From Candidatus Poribacteria bacterium (lineage in GTDB: Bacteria > Poribacteria > WGA-4E > PCPOR2b), in the NCBI GenBank assembly GCA_965218095.1, contig OZ244587.1, positions 3,232,001-3,296,000 on the forward strand: a stretch of DNA of 64,000 bases, written 5' to 3'. Numbering within the stretch: the first letter of the stretch is position 1; each line of letters begins with the position of its first letter. The notes below the pieces were generated by a model. The model was not told where the DNA came from. It saw nothing but the letters and a program-made list of their open reading frames with translations, and searched no databases. Shown piece after piece: positions 21,463 through 33,076 of the stretch. The position numbers and the translations under genes are program-made.

Positions 21463-21469
21463 TTTGACA

Positions 21470-22525
21470 TCATGCTTCCTCGGCGCGGATTGCAATCTTG
21501 ATCGCCGTTTCATCACCGAGCCGGTATGTTCCATTGAGTGCGTTAAACCCTTCACGAACACGGGAAAGCGGCAGCACATGGCTCACCATATCGGCAAAAG
21601 GAAACTCGTTCTTCTCAAGGATTGGCAGTCCACGCACAAAATGCTCGTATCGGCTGCCCCAGATTGCTTCCACGCGGACGTTTTTACGCATCAGCAATTG
21701 ATTGACATTGAATTCAATCGAACCCATATCGACGAAGTGCCCAACCTCGACAAACGTCCCGCCAAACTTCATGTAGCCCAGGCCTTCGGGGGTAGCGGGC
21801 AGAAAACCCGCGCACTCAAAGACCACATCCGCACCCTCCTTTTTAGGGCTGTGTGATTTGACTAACTCGGTGCGCTCCTCAGCAGAGGTCACCTCCTCGA
21901 TGTTGATGGTGACGTCCGCTCCCATCCGTCTGGCGAGTTTTAAGCGATCCGCCGGTCCGCCCACCATAATTAGTTTCGCCGCCCCACTGATCTTCGCACA
22001 AACCAACGTCACCAACCCAATCGCCCCAGACCCCTGAACCACAACTGTATCGCCGATCTGCACGTTGGCGCGCATTACCGCATGCACCCCAATTGTGAAC
22101 GGTTCCGTCAACACAGCAATGTCCGGGGGGGTGTTCGTTTTGATGAAGCACGTGTTCGGATAGGAAAGATAGATGTAATCGGCAAATCCACCACGAAAGT
22201 AGGGCGGCCGATCTGGATTCCATTGAAAGCCGTAAGCGCCATAGTCTGTACCCGGCGCGAAGATGACGCGGTCCCCTTCGCGGATTGGGTTGCCCACATA
22301 GTCTGTCTCCACCCCTTTACCGATCGCGTCAATGACGCCGACGTTTTCATGACCGAGTAATACCTCCTCCTCAAACCCTTTTTGCCAGTTGTGGAGGTCT
22401 GTTCCGCAGATTCCTGCCAACTCCTGTCGTAGCAGTACTGTGTTCGGCTCCGGATCGGGTACAGGATATTCTCGAACATCAAAATCCTGTCCGTATGCAA
22501 TAACTGCTTTGCCTGTTCGGCCCAT
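21470..22525 (-). CDS. Zinc-binding (MDR) alcohol dehydrogenase
   Basis: 'GICGTDLH', 'LGHENVG', 'GSGAIGL'; start MGRTGK after RBS AAGGAG. Confidence 0.9.
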   Translation of the reverse strand: MGRTGKAVIAYGQDFDVREYPVPDPEPNTVLLRQELAGICGTDLHNWQKGFEEEVLLGHENVGVIDAIGKGVETDYVGNPIREGDRVIFAPGTDYGAYGFQWNPDRPPYFRGGFADYIYLSYPNTCFIKTNTPPDIAVLTEPFTIGVHAVMRANVQIGDTVVVQGSGAIGLVTLVCAKISGAAKLIMVGGPADRLKLARRMGADVTINIEEVTSAEERTELVKSHSPKKEGADVVFECAGFLPATPEGLGYMKFGGTFVEVGHFVDMGSIEFNVNQLLMRKNVRVEAIWGSRYEHFVRGLPILEKNEFPFADMVSHVLPLSRVREGFNALNGTYRLGDETAIKIAIRAEEA

Positions 22526-22651
22526 CGTTCTTTCTCCTTGTACGATTTCATGAAAAGGTTTATAATACCCATTGCCCAAACAATCACGATTATACAAGAA
22601 TTTACTTGGGAGAGCAACGGAAAAATGCTCTCACGATTGAGGAGGAACAAG

Positions 22652-23119
22652 ATGCAAACGATTGAAGTTGCTGAAAAAAGGTATGAGCTTGCCTCTCTTT
22701 GGGAGAGATGGTTTGGACAGTTTTTGGATGGGGTAATTTACTTCGTCATCATTGTTGTCTCATTGATATTGTTGATGTTCGCTGGGCTCGCAGAAATTGG
22801 CGTTGCGATCGCTATAATTTTGGCCCTTCTTTATTGCTTGTTTCAAGATGGGTTGAAAAATGGGCAAAGTTATGGCAAAAGAATTGTGAAAACAAAAGTG
22901 ATTGATTCGAGAAATGGCTCGCCTTGCACGTTTGGTCAGTCCTTTGTTCGCAATCTATTACTTTCGATATTAGGGCTCATCGACTGGCTCTTTATCTTCG
23001 GGGAAAAACGGCAACGGCTTGGCGACAAAGCGGCAACTACTCTCGTTGTCAAGGTTACGGAGAAATCAGCATCAGAATTGGCAGATTTATCGGACAACGG
23101 GGATGACCGCAGGCTTTAG
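22652..23119 (+). CDS. RDD family membrane protein
   Basis: 'ASLWERWFGQFLD', 'GQSYGKRI', 'RQRLGDKAATTLVVK'. Confidence 0.88.
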   Translation: MQTIEVAEKRYELASLWERWFGQFLDGVIYFVIIVVSLILLMFAGLAEIGVAIAIILALLYCLFQDGLKNGQSYGKRIVKTKVIDSRNGSPCTFGQSFVRNLLLSILGLIDWLFIFGEKRQRLGDKAATTLVVKVTEKSASELADLSDNGDDRRL

Positions 23120-23148
23120 GAATGGCTGCTAAATAACTTTCGCATCTC

Positions 23149-23188
23149 GTAGGGTGGGCACCGACCACCAGCGGAGTGCCCACCCTAC
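23149..23188. repeat. REP-like GTAG palindrome pair
   Basis: GTAGGGTGGGCAC...GTGCCCACCCTAC. Confidence 0.7.
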
Positions 23189-23206
23189 TTAGGAGAACTT
23201 GACACA

Positions 23207-24151
23207 ATGTACAGTGCTGAGAAGATCTTTGAACAGAACCCGAACTTCCCATCTTGCCACGGCTCGACGATCGCCGAATTGCCCAACGGCGATTTGTTGG
23301 CTGCATGGTACGGCGGCTCACGAGAAGGAGCGAAAGATGTCGCCATCTTCACGTCACGACGCTTTTACGGTAGTGAAGGGTGGATCGAGCCTGAGATTAT
23401 CGTCAACACGCTAGGCTGCTCGGAAGGCAATCCCGTCCTGTTTGTCGATGCGAATGATCAGATCTGGCTGTTCCACGTCACTATGTACGGCGACAGTTGG
23501 ACACAGTGCAAGGTGCGTTATCGGAAGTCAAATACGCTGGGATACAGTTGGGATGAGCCTGGCATTCTGCGTGAGGAATTGGGGTGGATGACGCGCAACA
23601 AACCGGTCTATCTCTCAAACGGTGAACTCTTGCTGCCCGTATATGATGAGCGCAACTGGCATTCGATGGTGATGAGCTCCCACGACGACGCCGAGACGTG
23701 GGAGACGTTCGGGGATTTGTCCAGCCCAAAGGGAGTCATCCAGCCAACGGTCGTCCAGCGATCTGACGGGAGTCTGTTGATGCTCATGCGAAGCCGGGAC
23801 GGGGAGATCTGGCGCTCTACATCCGAGGATTTCGGGAGGACGTGGACAGCGGCGAGCCCAACAGATCTGCCGAACCCCAATAGTGCGGTTGATATGGCCC
23901 GCATGCACAGCGGCAACATCGCGCTGGTTTACAACGACACGCCTCGTGGACGCACGCCGCTCACCGTCGCGTTATCGACGGACGAGGGGGAGACATGGGC
24001 GTACAAGCAGCATCTCGAAATTGAAGCGGGGGAGTATTCCTATCCCGCCATCATCCAGGCGCACGATGGCGGCAGCCATATCACCTATACCTACCGACGT
24101 ACCAGCATCATGCACGTCGAAATCAATGAGGCATGGATTCGGGAAGGGTGA
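23207..24151 (+). CDS. BNR_2 exo-alpha-sialidase-like protein
   Basis: 'CHGSTIAELPNGDLLAAWYGG..EG', Asp boxes, 'LPNPNSAVD', 'EYSYPAII'. Confidence 0.9.
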   Translation: MYSAEKIFEQNPNFPSCHGSTIAELPNGDLLAAWYGGSREGAKDVAIFTSRRFYGSEGWIEPEIIVNTLGCSEGNPVLFVDANDQIWLFHVTMYGDSWTQCKVRYRKSNTLGYSWDEPGILREELGWMTRNKPVYLSNGELLLPVYDERNWHSMVMSSHDDAETWETFGDLSSPKGVIQPTVVQRSDGSLLMLMRSRDGEIWRSTSEDFGRTWTAASPTDLPNPNSAVDMARMHSGNIALVYNDTPRGRTPLTVALSTDEGETWAYKQHLEIEAGEYSYPAIIQAHDGGSHITYTYRRTSIMHVEINEAWIREG

Positions 24152-24409
24152 ATAGAAGGACAGAAAAAATGAAAGGAGTGGAGAAAGTAGAAGGTAGCCC
24201 AATCTCTGATCGGGACGAGCACTGCCAGCTTGCTTGGGAAGGAGGGAAGAAAATGTAAAGGTCCATAGGGCTGGATAAGAATGCCCTCTATCGTCAACTT
24301 CACTCTTGGAGTGTCTACCAATTGAAGCGGATATAGTAAATCACAAACACCTCATTTTCACATCAGGATTGGTCGAATAGATTGGCGGGTTATTCACATG
24401 TTTCGCGCC

Positions 24410-25359
24410 TCACGAATCATTCAGCGAAATAACACCCTTCCGCCCTTCCAACACCGCTTCATACAGCTACATCGTCTTCAAGCAATCATAGATGCTCGCA
24501 ATCGGCTCACGATTTTCACGGATAGCGTTGGCAAATTCAGTTAGACTGTGACCATCACCCGTCAACTCACCGTTGCGTTGATCGCTGAAGTTATCTGTAA
24601 AAACATTCTGGGATTCGGCGTAGTGCGCGATCTCCCATAGCCCATCAAGGATGATGTGTTCCCCCTGCCCCGTGATCTCAATGCGATCATAGTTGCGTCC
24701 CCAGAGGCGTTGACTATTGAGTTGTAGATTTCCAACTGCACCATTCTCAAATTCCACTGCCACGGCAAAAGCGCCTTGACCACCGACCTCGTTCTGGAAT
24801 ACAGCAATCTCTTTCGCCGGCCCGGCGATGTACTGTGCGAGATCGAAATGGTGAATGGCAAAATCCAGGAGGTACCATTGTACTGACCGGTATGTGCCGC
24901 TACAGAAAGAGCAGGAGAGTTGAGTCAGTTGACCGAAGGACTCCTGCACCATGATTTCCTTTGCATGGCTGACCCCCAAGCTAAACCGTCGCTGAAAGTT
25001 GATCATTAGCGTTTTGCTTGCACGATCAGTGGTTTCCGCAAGTTCAACAGCATCCTTCAGAGACGGAGCAGGTGGCTTGGGAACAAAGACGTGATAGCCC
25101 GCTTCGAGGGCTTCACGGACTAAGGGCTGCCGAGGGTCTGGTGCCATGCAGATGATGAGTGCTTCCAGATCTTCCTTCTCCCACATCTCGTGTTGATCTG
25201 TGTACCAACGCTCTGTGCCAAACTTCCCAGCGGCATCTTTCGCCTTTGCTTCATCAATGTCGCAAACCGCCTGTAGCGCAACCGGGGCTAGATGTAACGC
25301 CGGATAGATAGTGTGTCTGGCCCGCCAGCACCGATAAATCCAATACGAAGTGGTCCCAT
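24410..25359 (-). pseudogene. Gfo/Idh/MocA oxidoreductase pseudogene
   Basis: True start MGPLRIGFIGAGG (25359) is out of frame with the body (frameshift near 25320). A premature TAG at 24467-24469 is followed in frame by LYEAVLEGRKGVISLNDS*. Confidence 0.8.
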
Positions 25360-25445
25360 AGGCAATGTTTCCTCTGTAAGATATGCGAATCAGCAAAGCA
25401 AGTTTTGCACTCCAGAGAACTCTATCACGTTTCACGCGTCACGAA

Positions 25446-26615
25446 TTACCTGACGCCTGTCAGGATTTCAAACGTCAACTGATCAAGTTTTTCGTATCGT
25501 AGACCTTTTGCGCCGAGTTCATTTGGCTTGAAATCTCTCGCTCTGAGCTGCTTTGCCTTGTCTGCGCTATACACCGACATGAGTCCTTCCAACTCAGCAT
25601 CTTGTGTACGGATTTCCGCCGAAAGTCCTTGAATTTCTGCATCCGCATTGAATCGACGAGCCTTCTCTTTGAAGATGAGATAGCTGCGCATACAGCCTGC
25701 CGCAAAATCCCACACGCCTTGTTCATCTTCGGTGCAATAGGCGTGGGCGTCAAAGTGCCGGGAGCCTTCCCATTTCACATCTTCCAGGAATTTCACCAAG
25801 AAGAACGCCCCCTTGATGTTTTCCGATCCAAACTGCAGGTCCTGATCAAACCGGCTCATCTTCTGATCGTTCAGATCAATATGGAACAACTTTCCAGCTT
25901 CGTAAGCCTGCGCAGCGCCGTGCATGAAATTCAGCCCTGCCATCGTTTCATGAGCAAACTCAGGGTTGACGCCCACCATCTCCGGGTGATCGAGGGTTTC
26001 AATGAAGTGAAGCATGTGTCCCGTCGTCGGAAGATAGATGTCTCCGCGCGGCTCATTCGGTTTCGCTTCCAGCGCAAAGCGCATGTTGTAGCCCTAGTCC
26101 TTGACATAATGGGTGAGAAAGTTGAGACCCTCACGATTCCACTTAATCGTGTCGGTCCCGTGCTTTGCAGCATCAACCTCTGCGCCTTCGCGTCCTCCCC
26201 AGAAGACGTAAATGGTTGCTCCCAGCTCAACGCCGAGATCGATGGCGTTCATCGTCTTCTGGAGGGCGAACCCACGGACTTTCGGATCATTTGATGTGAA
26301 CGCGCCATCTTTGAACACGGGGTGAAAAAACAGGTTTGTCGTTGCCATTGGCACTTTCATGCCGTAGTCATCCAACGCTTGCTTAAATTCTTTGACAATC
26401 TGATCGCGTTCACTTGCTAACGCATCGAAAGGTATGAGATCATTATCATGCAGATTGATTCCGTAAGTCCCCAATTTGCTGAGTTTCTGTACGGAATATG
26501 TCGGCTTGGGGAGTGGGCGCACCGCATCGCCAAAGGGATCTCGCCCCGGATTTCCAACTGTCCACAAGCCAAACGTAAATCGATGTTCCGGTTTTGGTTG
26601 ATATAAATCCGTCAT
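25446..26615 (-). pseudogene. xylA: Xylose isomerase with in-frame TAG
   Basis: '[15 protein letters not shown]', 'WGGREG', [11 protein letters not shown]'AKPNEPRGD', 'NPEFAHE'. The two ORFs are in the same frame, separated by TAG at 26094-26096. Confidence 0.9.
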
Positions 26616-26989
26616 TTACCTTTCTCCCATCTACAAAGTTTGCTCATGTTAGTACACCCATTAGTGAAATGCAAGCAAAAAGCGGTGATCTCAGTGACTC
26701 TCTTTATGGTCAATAAATTTGGTATAGGGTTTTAGGACACTATTATGTTATACTTTACTTCGCCGAAAAGAAGGTAAAGTCTTTGTTGTTAGTGAGAAAC
26801 CTGGGGGACATCAATTTGGCAGGAAGATGTTCTCTGGTCTGGCATCTGTGCAATGTTTGACTTCCACCAAGCAAAAGCGCATGTGGGGATAGATGTATGT
26901 ATCTTCCTCGTTTTCCTGATGGGGGATGATTTGATTACTACGCCCATCATTGTAAAAGATAGCTACGCTGATGTTCCAGAACGGCCAGG

Positions 26990-27400
26990 GTTGAGCCGCG
27001 GAACTTGATAACGATGCGGTGGAAAAGTGCCGAGTCAAAACATACTGTCTAACCTATTTTCATTTGTCCTCCGAGCAACAAGTCCAAATCCCTGATTTGC
27101 TGCGCCGATTGTTTCGTATCAAGGGCTTCCGCAGCATCCGAGAACGAATCACGTTAAGATTCAGATGCAAACGAGATCATATTGCCACTTCAACATTTCT
27201 GATGCCATTGCGTCCAATGGATTTGGAATTTTACAGAGGCATTCTTAAAAGAATCTCTGCAGATCTACAGATGGAGTGGAGGTGTAAAAGTATCTGAAAT
27301 ATCAGTTAAAGCTGTTTATAAAGGCGGTCATTTGATTCCCTTAGATGACTTAAATCTCAAAGAAGATAGCTAAATAATCATTAGTATGGTTGAATATCGT
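26990..27400 (+). pseudogene. Decayed toxin-antitoxin-like locus (PIN-like fragment + DUF104/AF2212-like antitoxin fragment)
   Basis: 'KTYCLTYF...LLRRLFRIKGFRSIRER' fragment; then, after GGAGGT, 'ISVKAVYKGGHLIPLDDLNLKEDS*' (27290-27373), which resembles DUF104 'IEAVYENGVLKPL'. Confidence 0.4.
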
Positions 27401-27476
27401 GTGAATAATCAAGTCAAATGCACTGGAAACAGCAGAAAAAGCGGAACTCATTTGCAAAATAAGGAGGTAAAAACGA

Positions 27477-30400
27477 ATGAAACAGACATTCCAACACATA
27501 TTCCGAACAACGTCAATCGTCTTAGCATTGACGGTCATACTGATTGGTTGTAAGCAAGAGGCGACCCGCAAAGCAGATTGGGAAACCCATTTCACAGATC
27601 TCCACTTCGTGGACACCAAGAATGGGTGGATTGTTGGGCTTGAAGGCTTAATCATCTACACAAAAGATGGCGGCAAAACGTGGCAACGCCAAGAGATTGA
27701 AACGGAAGGCGATTTTAAGTCCGTCTACTTCACAAATTCTCGATATGGCTGGGCAGTTGGCGACGAGGGCTTAATCGCCGTGACCGATGATGGCGGCAGG
27801 CATTGGCATCTTCAAAAGAGTGGCACATTAGCGATGCTCAATGATGTCTTCTTCGCCAATTCCAAAGAAGGGTGGATTATCGGAGAGGATGCCGATGTGC
27901 TGTACACGCAAAACGGCGGAAAGACGTGGAAACCCCATCAGGCTGTCAGTGATTTCCCACTCAAAGGTGTTTGGTTTGCAACTAATCGTCGTGGCTGGGT
28001 TGTCGGCGGAAACGATCTGATCCTCTACACACAAGACGGTGGAAAGCAGTGGCGACAGCAGAGCAATCGCTTTGAAGGGGAAAGGGATCGGCTGATTAAC
28101 GACAACAAGAACGTCTTTTTCATCAACGAAAACGAAGGCTGGCTAGTTGGGACTGATGGCTCGATCTTTCACACGACAAACGGTGGTGCCAAATGGACTC
28201 GTCAGGACAGCCGCATTCCACTCATCAACGGTCATGTCCGCGATACGGTGAACGGCATCCACTTCCATGATACGGAACACGGCGTAGCGGTTGCTGATGT
28301 CGGTTTTATCACCTTCACCGAAGATGGTGGAGAGAACTGGCGATTATTGGAAAGCGGTACGGAGAATAACCTGACCGGTGTCCAATTTACAAGTGAGAAG
28401 GAGGCGTGGGCGGTTGGTTGGTACGGCTCGATCTTGCACTCAGCAGATGGCGGCTCGACTTGGGAAATGGCCAGCGGAACCACCGCCAACGACCTTGAGG
28501 AGGTCCAGTTTGCCGATTCAAATCGGGCAATCGCTGTCGGCAAGCGTGGTACCATTGCGATGAGCCAGGATGGTGGGCAGACATGGACGGAAATCAAGAC
28601 GGATATCTGGGACAACATCCGAAGTATCTATTTTGCCTCGGATCAGGAAGGGTGGGCGGTCGGCGACCGTGGCATGATTGTCCATACCACCGATGGAGGG
28701 CAAAACTGGGAATACCAAAGAAGCGGCTGGTGGTATACGCTCAGAGGTATCTACTTCATTAATCCGAAAAAAGGATGGATCGTTGGCGATATCGGGACAG
28801 TGCTGCACACGGCTGACGGTGGTCAATCGTGGGTGCAGCAGACGCCGGGCGAATTTCATATGCTCAAAGGGGTTTTCTTCCTTGATGAGAAAGAGGGGTG
28901 GGCTGTCGGTTGGCCCGGCATCGTGATTCACACAACCAACGGTGGATTGACATGGACACAGCAAACAACAAACACGTACAATGAACTGTACGCGCTCTAC
29001 TTCGTCGATAGCAACACGGGTTGGGTTGTTGGTCAGTTTGGAGAGATCTTGCACACAAAAGATGGTGGCAAGACGTGGAAATTCCAGCGAAGCGGCACCG
29101 ATGCGAATCTGAATAAGGTTTTCCTTGCCGACGCAAATCACGGGTTGATCGTCGGAGACAATGGCGTAATCTTGACCACCACCAACGGTGGCGCAACGTG
29201 GGAAACACAGGAGAGCAGCACAGAGAATGATTTACTCGGATTTGCCCTCTCACCAGAAGGGATGGTCGCTGTCGGCAATGGTGGCGTTGCTATGCGTTAC
29301 TCCGTTGATGCGGTAGAACTTCCAGCCGAACTGCCACCTGTCGCATCAGAGATAGAGGCCGCCGAAGAACAACCGACTGTTGAGGAGGTTACCTATCACT
29401 GGAAACTCGTGCGTCAGGCAACCTGGCAAACGGACTTCGCCGATACCTATTTTCTCAATAATCTGGTAGGTTGGGCGGTTGGATCCGGTGGGGCGATTGC
29501 ACACACCATGGATGGTGGAAAAACGTGGATGCCTCAACACAGCAGCGTGACAACAGATCTACGTCGCATCACTTTCGCTGATGAATTTCACGGGTGGATT
29601 ACCGGACGTGGTATGCTGCTTCGGACGGAGAACGGCGGAAAGACATGGCAAGTGATTAAAGGTGTTCTGCAAAACTTCCGCCGTATCAATGCCATACAGT
29701 TTATCAACACCCAAGAGGGATGGCTTGGTGTCGATCAAGGGCAAACGCTCCACACGACGGATGGCGGCTTGACATGGAAACTCCAGAAGACTGGAACAAC
29801 TACCGCCGCAATAACAGATCTCCACTTTATCAACAGCAATGAAGGATGGGCGATTGCTCCCCAACGCCGCGATGGCGGGTTTATTCTGCACACTGTCAAT
29901 GGGGGCGACTACTGGGAGATCCAGGCAAAACCCAATCAACCCGGTGTTGCAATCCATTTTGCGGACGCGAAATCTGGGTGGGTCGTGATGGGGAATAGCA
30001 GATCCCTCATTACGAGCGATGGTGGCGTGACATGGAAACAACTCATCCCGGAAATGACAGTGGCTGGGCTTCGTCGAGTAAAATTCCGTAATCACAAAGA
30101 AGCATGGGGAATCAGCAGAGACGCGGCTATTCTCATAACAACCGACCAGGGCGAAAGTTGGCTGCCGATCTATATCGGGCTGGAAACAAAATCCGAATTG
30201 GTGGCAGCCAGAGAAAAAAGAGTAAAAGAAGAAGCAAACGAGACAAAACAGGATATTGTTCCCCCAGTGATACTGGACGACGAAAATTTCGCCGAAGCTT
30301 TCCAGAATCGTTTAAGCGATCGTCGATCCCGCTCCGGCCGCTTCACCCCAGAGGGCAACATCCCCGGTGATGAGGACACAACAGAGGTGCAGACGCTCCA

Positions 30401-31499
30401 ACAGACAGCGCGTCAAGAAAAACCTGTGGTTCGCCAACGCGCAATCCGTAGCCTCCGTCAATCCGGGTTGCCAATCACGAACATCTATTTTGTCGACGAT
30501 CGGCGTGCGTGGGGTGCCGGTGATGCGGGGCACATCTATCATACCGCGGACGGTGGTGAAACGTGGGAACGCCAGCTTGGTGAGCAACTTGATCATTTCC
30601 GCGATGTGCTGTTCTTCAGCAGCACGGAAGGTTGGATTGCTGGGGATAATGGGCTGTTGCTGGAAACTCAAGATGGTGGGCGGACTTGGAAACCCCTGAA
30701 AAGTGGGACACAACAGCGCATTGTCGGCGTTCACTTTGCTGATGTATCGGGGTTTGATCCGGAAACATCAGAGAAGTGGGGTTGGGCGATGAGACGCGAT
30801 GGAACGGTGCTTTATACGACCGATGGGGTGAAGTGGTCAGCAGGGCAAACCCCCATGCGTCCAGCCCTATTTGAGGAAGAACCACCGATACCATTTGTCA
30901 TGAACGATGTTGCGTTTGGCAAATTCTCAGAAGGTTGGGCTGTCGGGGCGGGTGGACAGATTATTCACAATCAGGACGGTGGCCCTATCTGGACGCCGCA
31001 ACGGACGTCTACGGAGAGTGATCTCTTGGGCATGGAAATGAAATACGCGCCCCTTGGTTGGGGTGCCGGTCATAGTGGGATTATTCAGCGGACAATCAAC
31101 GGCGGCGAGTATTGGAAATTCCACGAAACCGGCACCGGCTACAATCTCCATGCCATTTCATTTATCACCAAACGGAAGGGCTGGGCAGTTGGACAGTACG
31201 GCATGATTCTCAGCACCACCGGTGGCGGATTTCAATGGGAAGCAGTATCCAGCGGCATCATCCAAGATCTCTACGGTATCTTAGCGTTGTCTGAGGATGA
31301 GATCTACGCTGTCGGTGCCGCAGGCACCATCCTCCACTCAACAGATGGTGGCGTGACATGGGAACGGGAACACACGGATATTGCCAACGATCTCTACACT
31401 ATCGTCCGTGCGAAGAACGACAATACGCTGTGGGTCGTTGGTCAATGGGGCATCGTCCTGCGTCGAAGGATCGATGCTGCGGAGATGTCAATGCGATAG
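27477..31499 (+). CDS. YCF48-like multi-beta-propeller (BNR repeat) lipoprotein
   Basis: Lipobox LIGC; more than 20 repeats of 'F.D...GWAVG..G.ILHT.DGG.TW' with two low-complexity linkers. Confidence 0.9.
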   Translation: MKQTFQHIFRTTSIVLALTVILIGCKQEATRKADWETHFTDLHFVDTKNGWIVGLEGLIIYTKDGGKTWQRQEIETEGDFKSVYFTNSRYGWAVGDEGLIAVTDDGGRHWHLQKSGTLAMLNDVFFANSKEGWIIGEDADVLYTQNGGKTWKPHQAVSDFPLKGVWFATNRRGWVVGGNDLILYTQDGGKQWRQQSNRFEGERDRLINDNKNVFFINENEGWLVGTDGSIFHTTNGGAKWTRQDSRIPLINGHVRDTVNGIHFHDTEHGVAVADVGFITFTEDGGENWRLLESGTENNLTGVQFTSEKEAWAVGWYGSILHSADGGSTWEMASGTTANDLEEVQFADSNRAIAVGKRGTIAMSQDGGQTWTEIKTDIWDNIRSIYFASDQEGWAVGDRGMIVHTTDGGQNWEYQRSGWWYTLRGIYFINPKKGWIVGDIGTVLHTADGGQSWVQQTPGEFHMLKGVFFLDEKEGWAVGWPGIVIHTTNGGLTWTQQTTNTYNELYALYFVDSNTGWVVGQFGEILHTKDGGKTWKFQRSGTDANLNKVFLADANHGLIVGDNGVILTTTNGGATWETQESSTENDLLGFALSPEGMVAVGNGGVAMRYSVDAVELPAELPPVASEIEAAEEQPTVEEVTYHWKLVRQATWQTDFADTYFLNNLVGWAVGSGGAIAHTMDGGKTWMPQHSSVTTDLRRITFADEFHGWITGRGMLLRTENGGKTWQVIKGVLQNFRRINAIQFINTQEGWLGVDQGQTLHTTDGGLTWKLQKTGTTTAAITDLHFINSNEGWAIAPQRRDGGFILHTVNGGDYWEIQAKPNQPGVAIHFADAKSGWVVMGNSRSLITSDGGVTWKQLIPEMTVAGLRRVKFRNHKEAWGISRDAAILITTDQGESWLPIYIGLETKSELVAAREKRVKEEANETKQDIVPPVILDDENFAEAFQNRLSDRRSRSGRFTPEGNIPGDEDTTEVQTLQQTARQEKPVVRQRAIRSLRQSGLPITNIYFVDDRRAWGAGDAGHIYHTADGGETWERQLGEQLDHFRDVLFFSSTEGWIAGDNGLLLETQDGGRTWKPLKSGTQQRIVGVHFADVSGFDPETSEKWGWAMRRDGTVLYTTDGVKWSAGQTPMRPALFEEEPPIPFVMNDVAFGKFSEGWAVGAGGQIIHNQDGGPIWTPQRTSTESDLLGMEMKYAPLGWGAGHSGIIQRTINGGEYWKFHETGTGYNLHAISFITKRKGWAVGQYGMILSTTGGGFQWEAVSSGIIQDLYGILALSEDEIYAVGAAGTILHSTDGGVTWEREHTDIANDLYTIVRAKNDNTLWVVGQWGIVLRRRIDAAEMSMR

Positions 31500-31752
31500 C
31501 TCAGGAATTCAGAGATGCAAGATTCAGATGCCGGGCATCTTGAATTTTGTGTTTCTGTCTGCTTGTAAAGGATGTGTGGAAATGGACGTAGCATCTACGG
31601 AATCTATTGATGAGGCCGCAAAAGTAAAAGCTGATGCTGCCGACGCCAAAGCTATCGCAGCGGCTCAAGTTCCAATTATTGCTGAATTGCGGGCGGAGAT
31701 GGCGCGTATGCAAGAAGCACTTGAACGACAAAACCGTTCATGATTATCCCTT

Positions 31753-32748
31753 ATGGGAGTTTTCAAAATGAAATCGAAGTACAGATCAAGCAAAGCACTT
31801 ATCGTTTCGTTCGCGTTACACCTCATCGTTGGCGTGGTGGGGTTTTTCTTTTGGCCCATGCAGAGACCAAGTTTAGAGCAGGAAGCCATTGACGCAGTGC
31901 TGATGCACGTTGAGAGACCAAAAGTGAAACGGTTGAATCGTCCCAAGCGGGTTCAAATACGAAAGCAGAAAGCGACGATGCAAACCAACCAACCAAGGCT
32001 GAAAATCCTGACAAGCAACGCTCCAGCCACTGAACGGGGAATTGTTTCAGCAGCCGAGCCGACGCAGTTTCGCGCCTTAGATTCATTGGATCTGAGCGAC
32101 GGAATTGGTTTATCGACGGGTGGTGTAACGCCTCATGCGATGCCACAAATGGAGCGGGTGATAACAATCCCCGTCAAGCCAGACCCCGATGAGGCAGAAC
32201 GACCAAAAAGCCGCCTAGTAAAATTCATCGAAAGGCAGGAAGGACCGCAACGGATCATTTACTGCGTGGATCTCTCGTCTAGCATGCTAGGCTTGAACCC
32301 GCGAAAACTTCGGAAGATTCTCGCCATCATGAAAGATTCACTCGAGTTTCTTGCCCCCCACGATCTATTTAACATTCTGACTTTCAGCGGAGAGATTAAA
32401 TTTTATCGAACGAATTTCCTTAGCGTCAATGATGTGAATATCTCCGATGCAATTGCCTACCTTGATCTCGCAAAGCCAACGAAAAGCACCCGCTATTCAG
32501 ACAAAGATATGCTTGAAGCATTACAAGCCGCGCACAAAAAGCAACCAACAATCATTGTGCTATTCAGCGATGGCATTCTGACATCAGGCTTCCCCGACCC
32601 GAAGGTAATCCAGCAACATACGGCTGGTAATACCGGAATCTTCACAATGGCGATTGATATGGCTGAAGATTTCCCCGGCGCTGTGTTGCTGCACATGCTG
32701 GCAGATCGCAGCGGAGGCGAATTTTGGCTCGTTAAAACAGGGCGATAG
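31753..32748 (+). CDS. Membrane-anchored VWA-domain protein
   Basis: N-terminal TM 'IVSFALHLIVG', MIDAS 'DLSSSM', 'FNILTFS', 'LFSDG'. Confidence 0.85.
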   Translation: MGVFKMKSKYRSSKALIVSFALHLIVGVVGFFFWPMQRPSLEQEAIDAVLMHVERPKVKRLNRPKRVQIRKQKATMQTNQPRLKILTSNAPATERGIVSAAEPTQFRALDSLDLSDGIGLSTGGVTPHAMPQMERVITIPVKPDPDEAERPKSRLVKFIERQEGPQRIIYCVDLSSSMLGLNPRKLRKILAIMKDSLEFLAPHDLFNILTFSGEIKFYRTNFLSVNDVNISDAIAYLDLAKPTKSTRYSDKDMLEALQAAHKKQPTIIVLFSDGILTSGFPDPKVIQQHTAGNTGIFTMAIDMAEDFPGAVLLHMLADRSGGEFWLVKTGR

Positions 32749-33076
32749 GGGAAAGAAATCCGAACATATACTTCAGGTACTCCACTGTATCGTCGGATCT
32801 ATTCAACAATATAATCATCGGTTGTTTGTCCCCGCTTTGTATACACAATTTCGATTCCATCTTGCTTTTTACGTACTGTCTGGCGTAAGTTCTGTCCCTA
32901 CCTGCTAATTGTTGAGATTTCAAGTCTTGAATATTTCCATTGACACAACTTATTGTACTCCATCCTCCTGATGCTTACAAGGGGCAACATCTGTAAAATC
33001 TGTTTGTTTGTCATCTCCTCACCTTCGCTCACGTTTCAATGGTTTACTGTCCCAGTCTGGTCAAGGAGACCTTGCG

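Noticed and set aside
24467-26096. Amber (TAG) recoding or suppression suggested by two in-frame TAGs
   Set aside because: TAG is the normal stop for intact genes here (amt1, the YCF48-like gene, res), the tRNA-Gln anticodon is CTG not CTA, and the same genes carry other lesions.
31582-31743. Short ORF resembling the coiled C-terminal tail of Uma2-type proteins; also an N-terminal-like scrap at 24285-24321
   Set aside because: No nuclease motif is retained; cannot be assigned.
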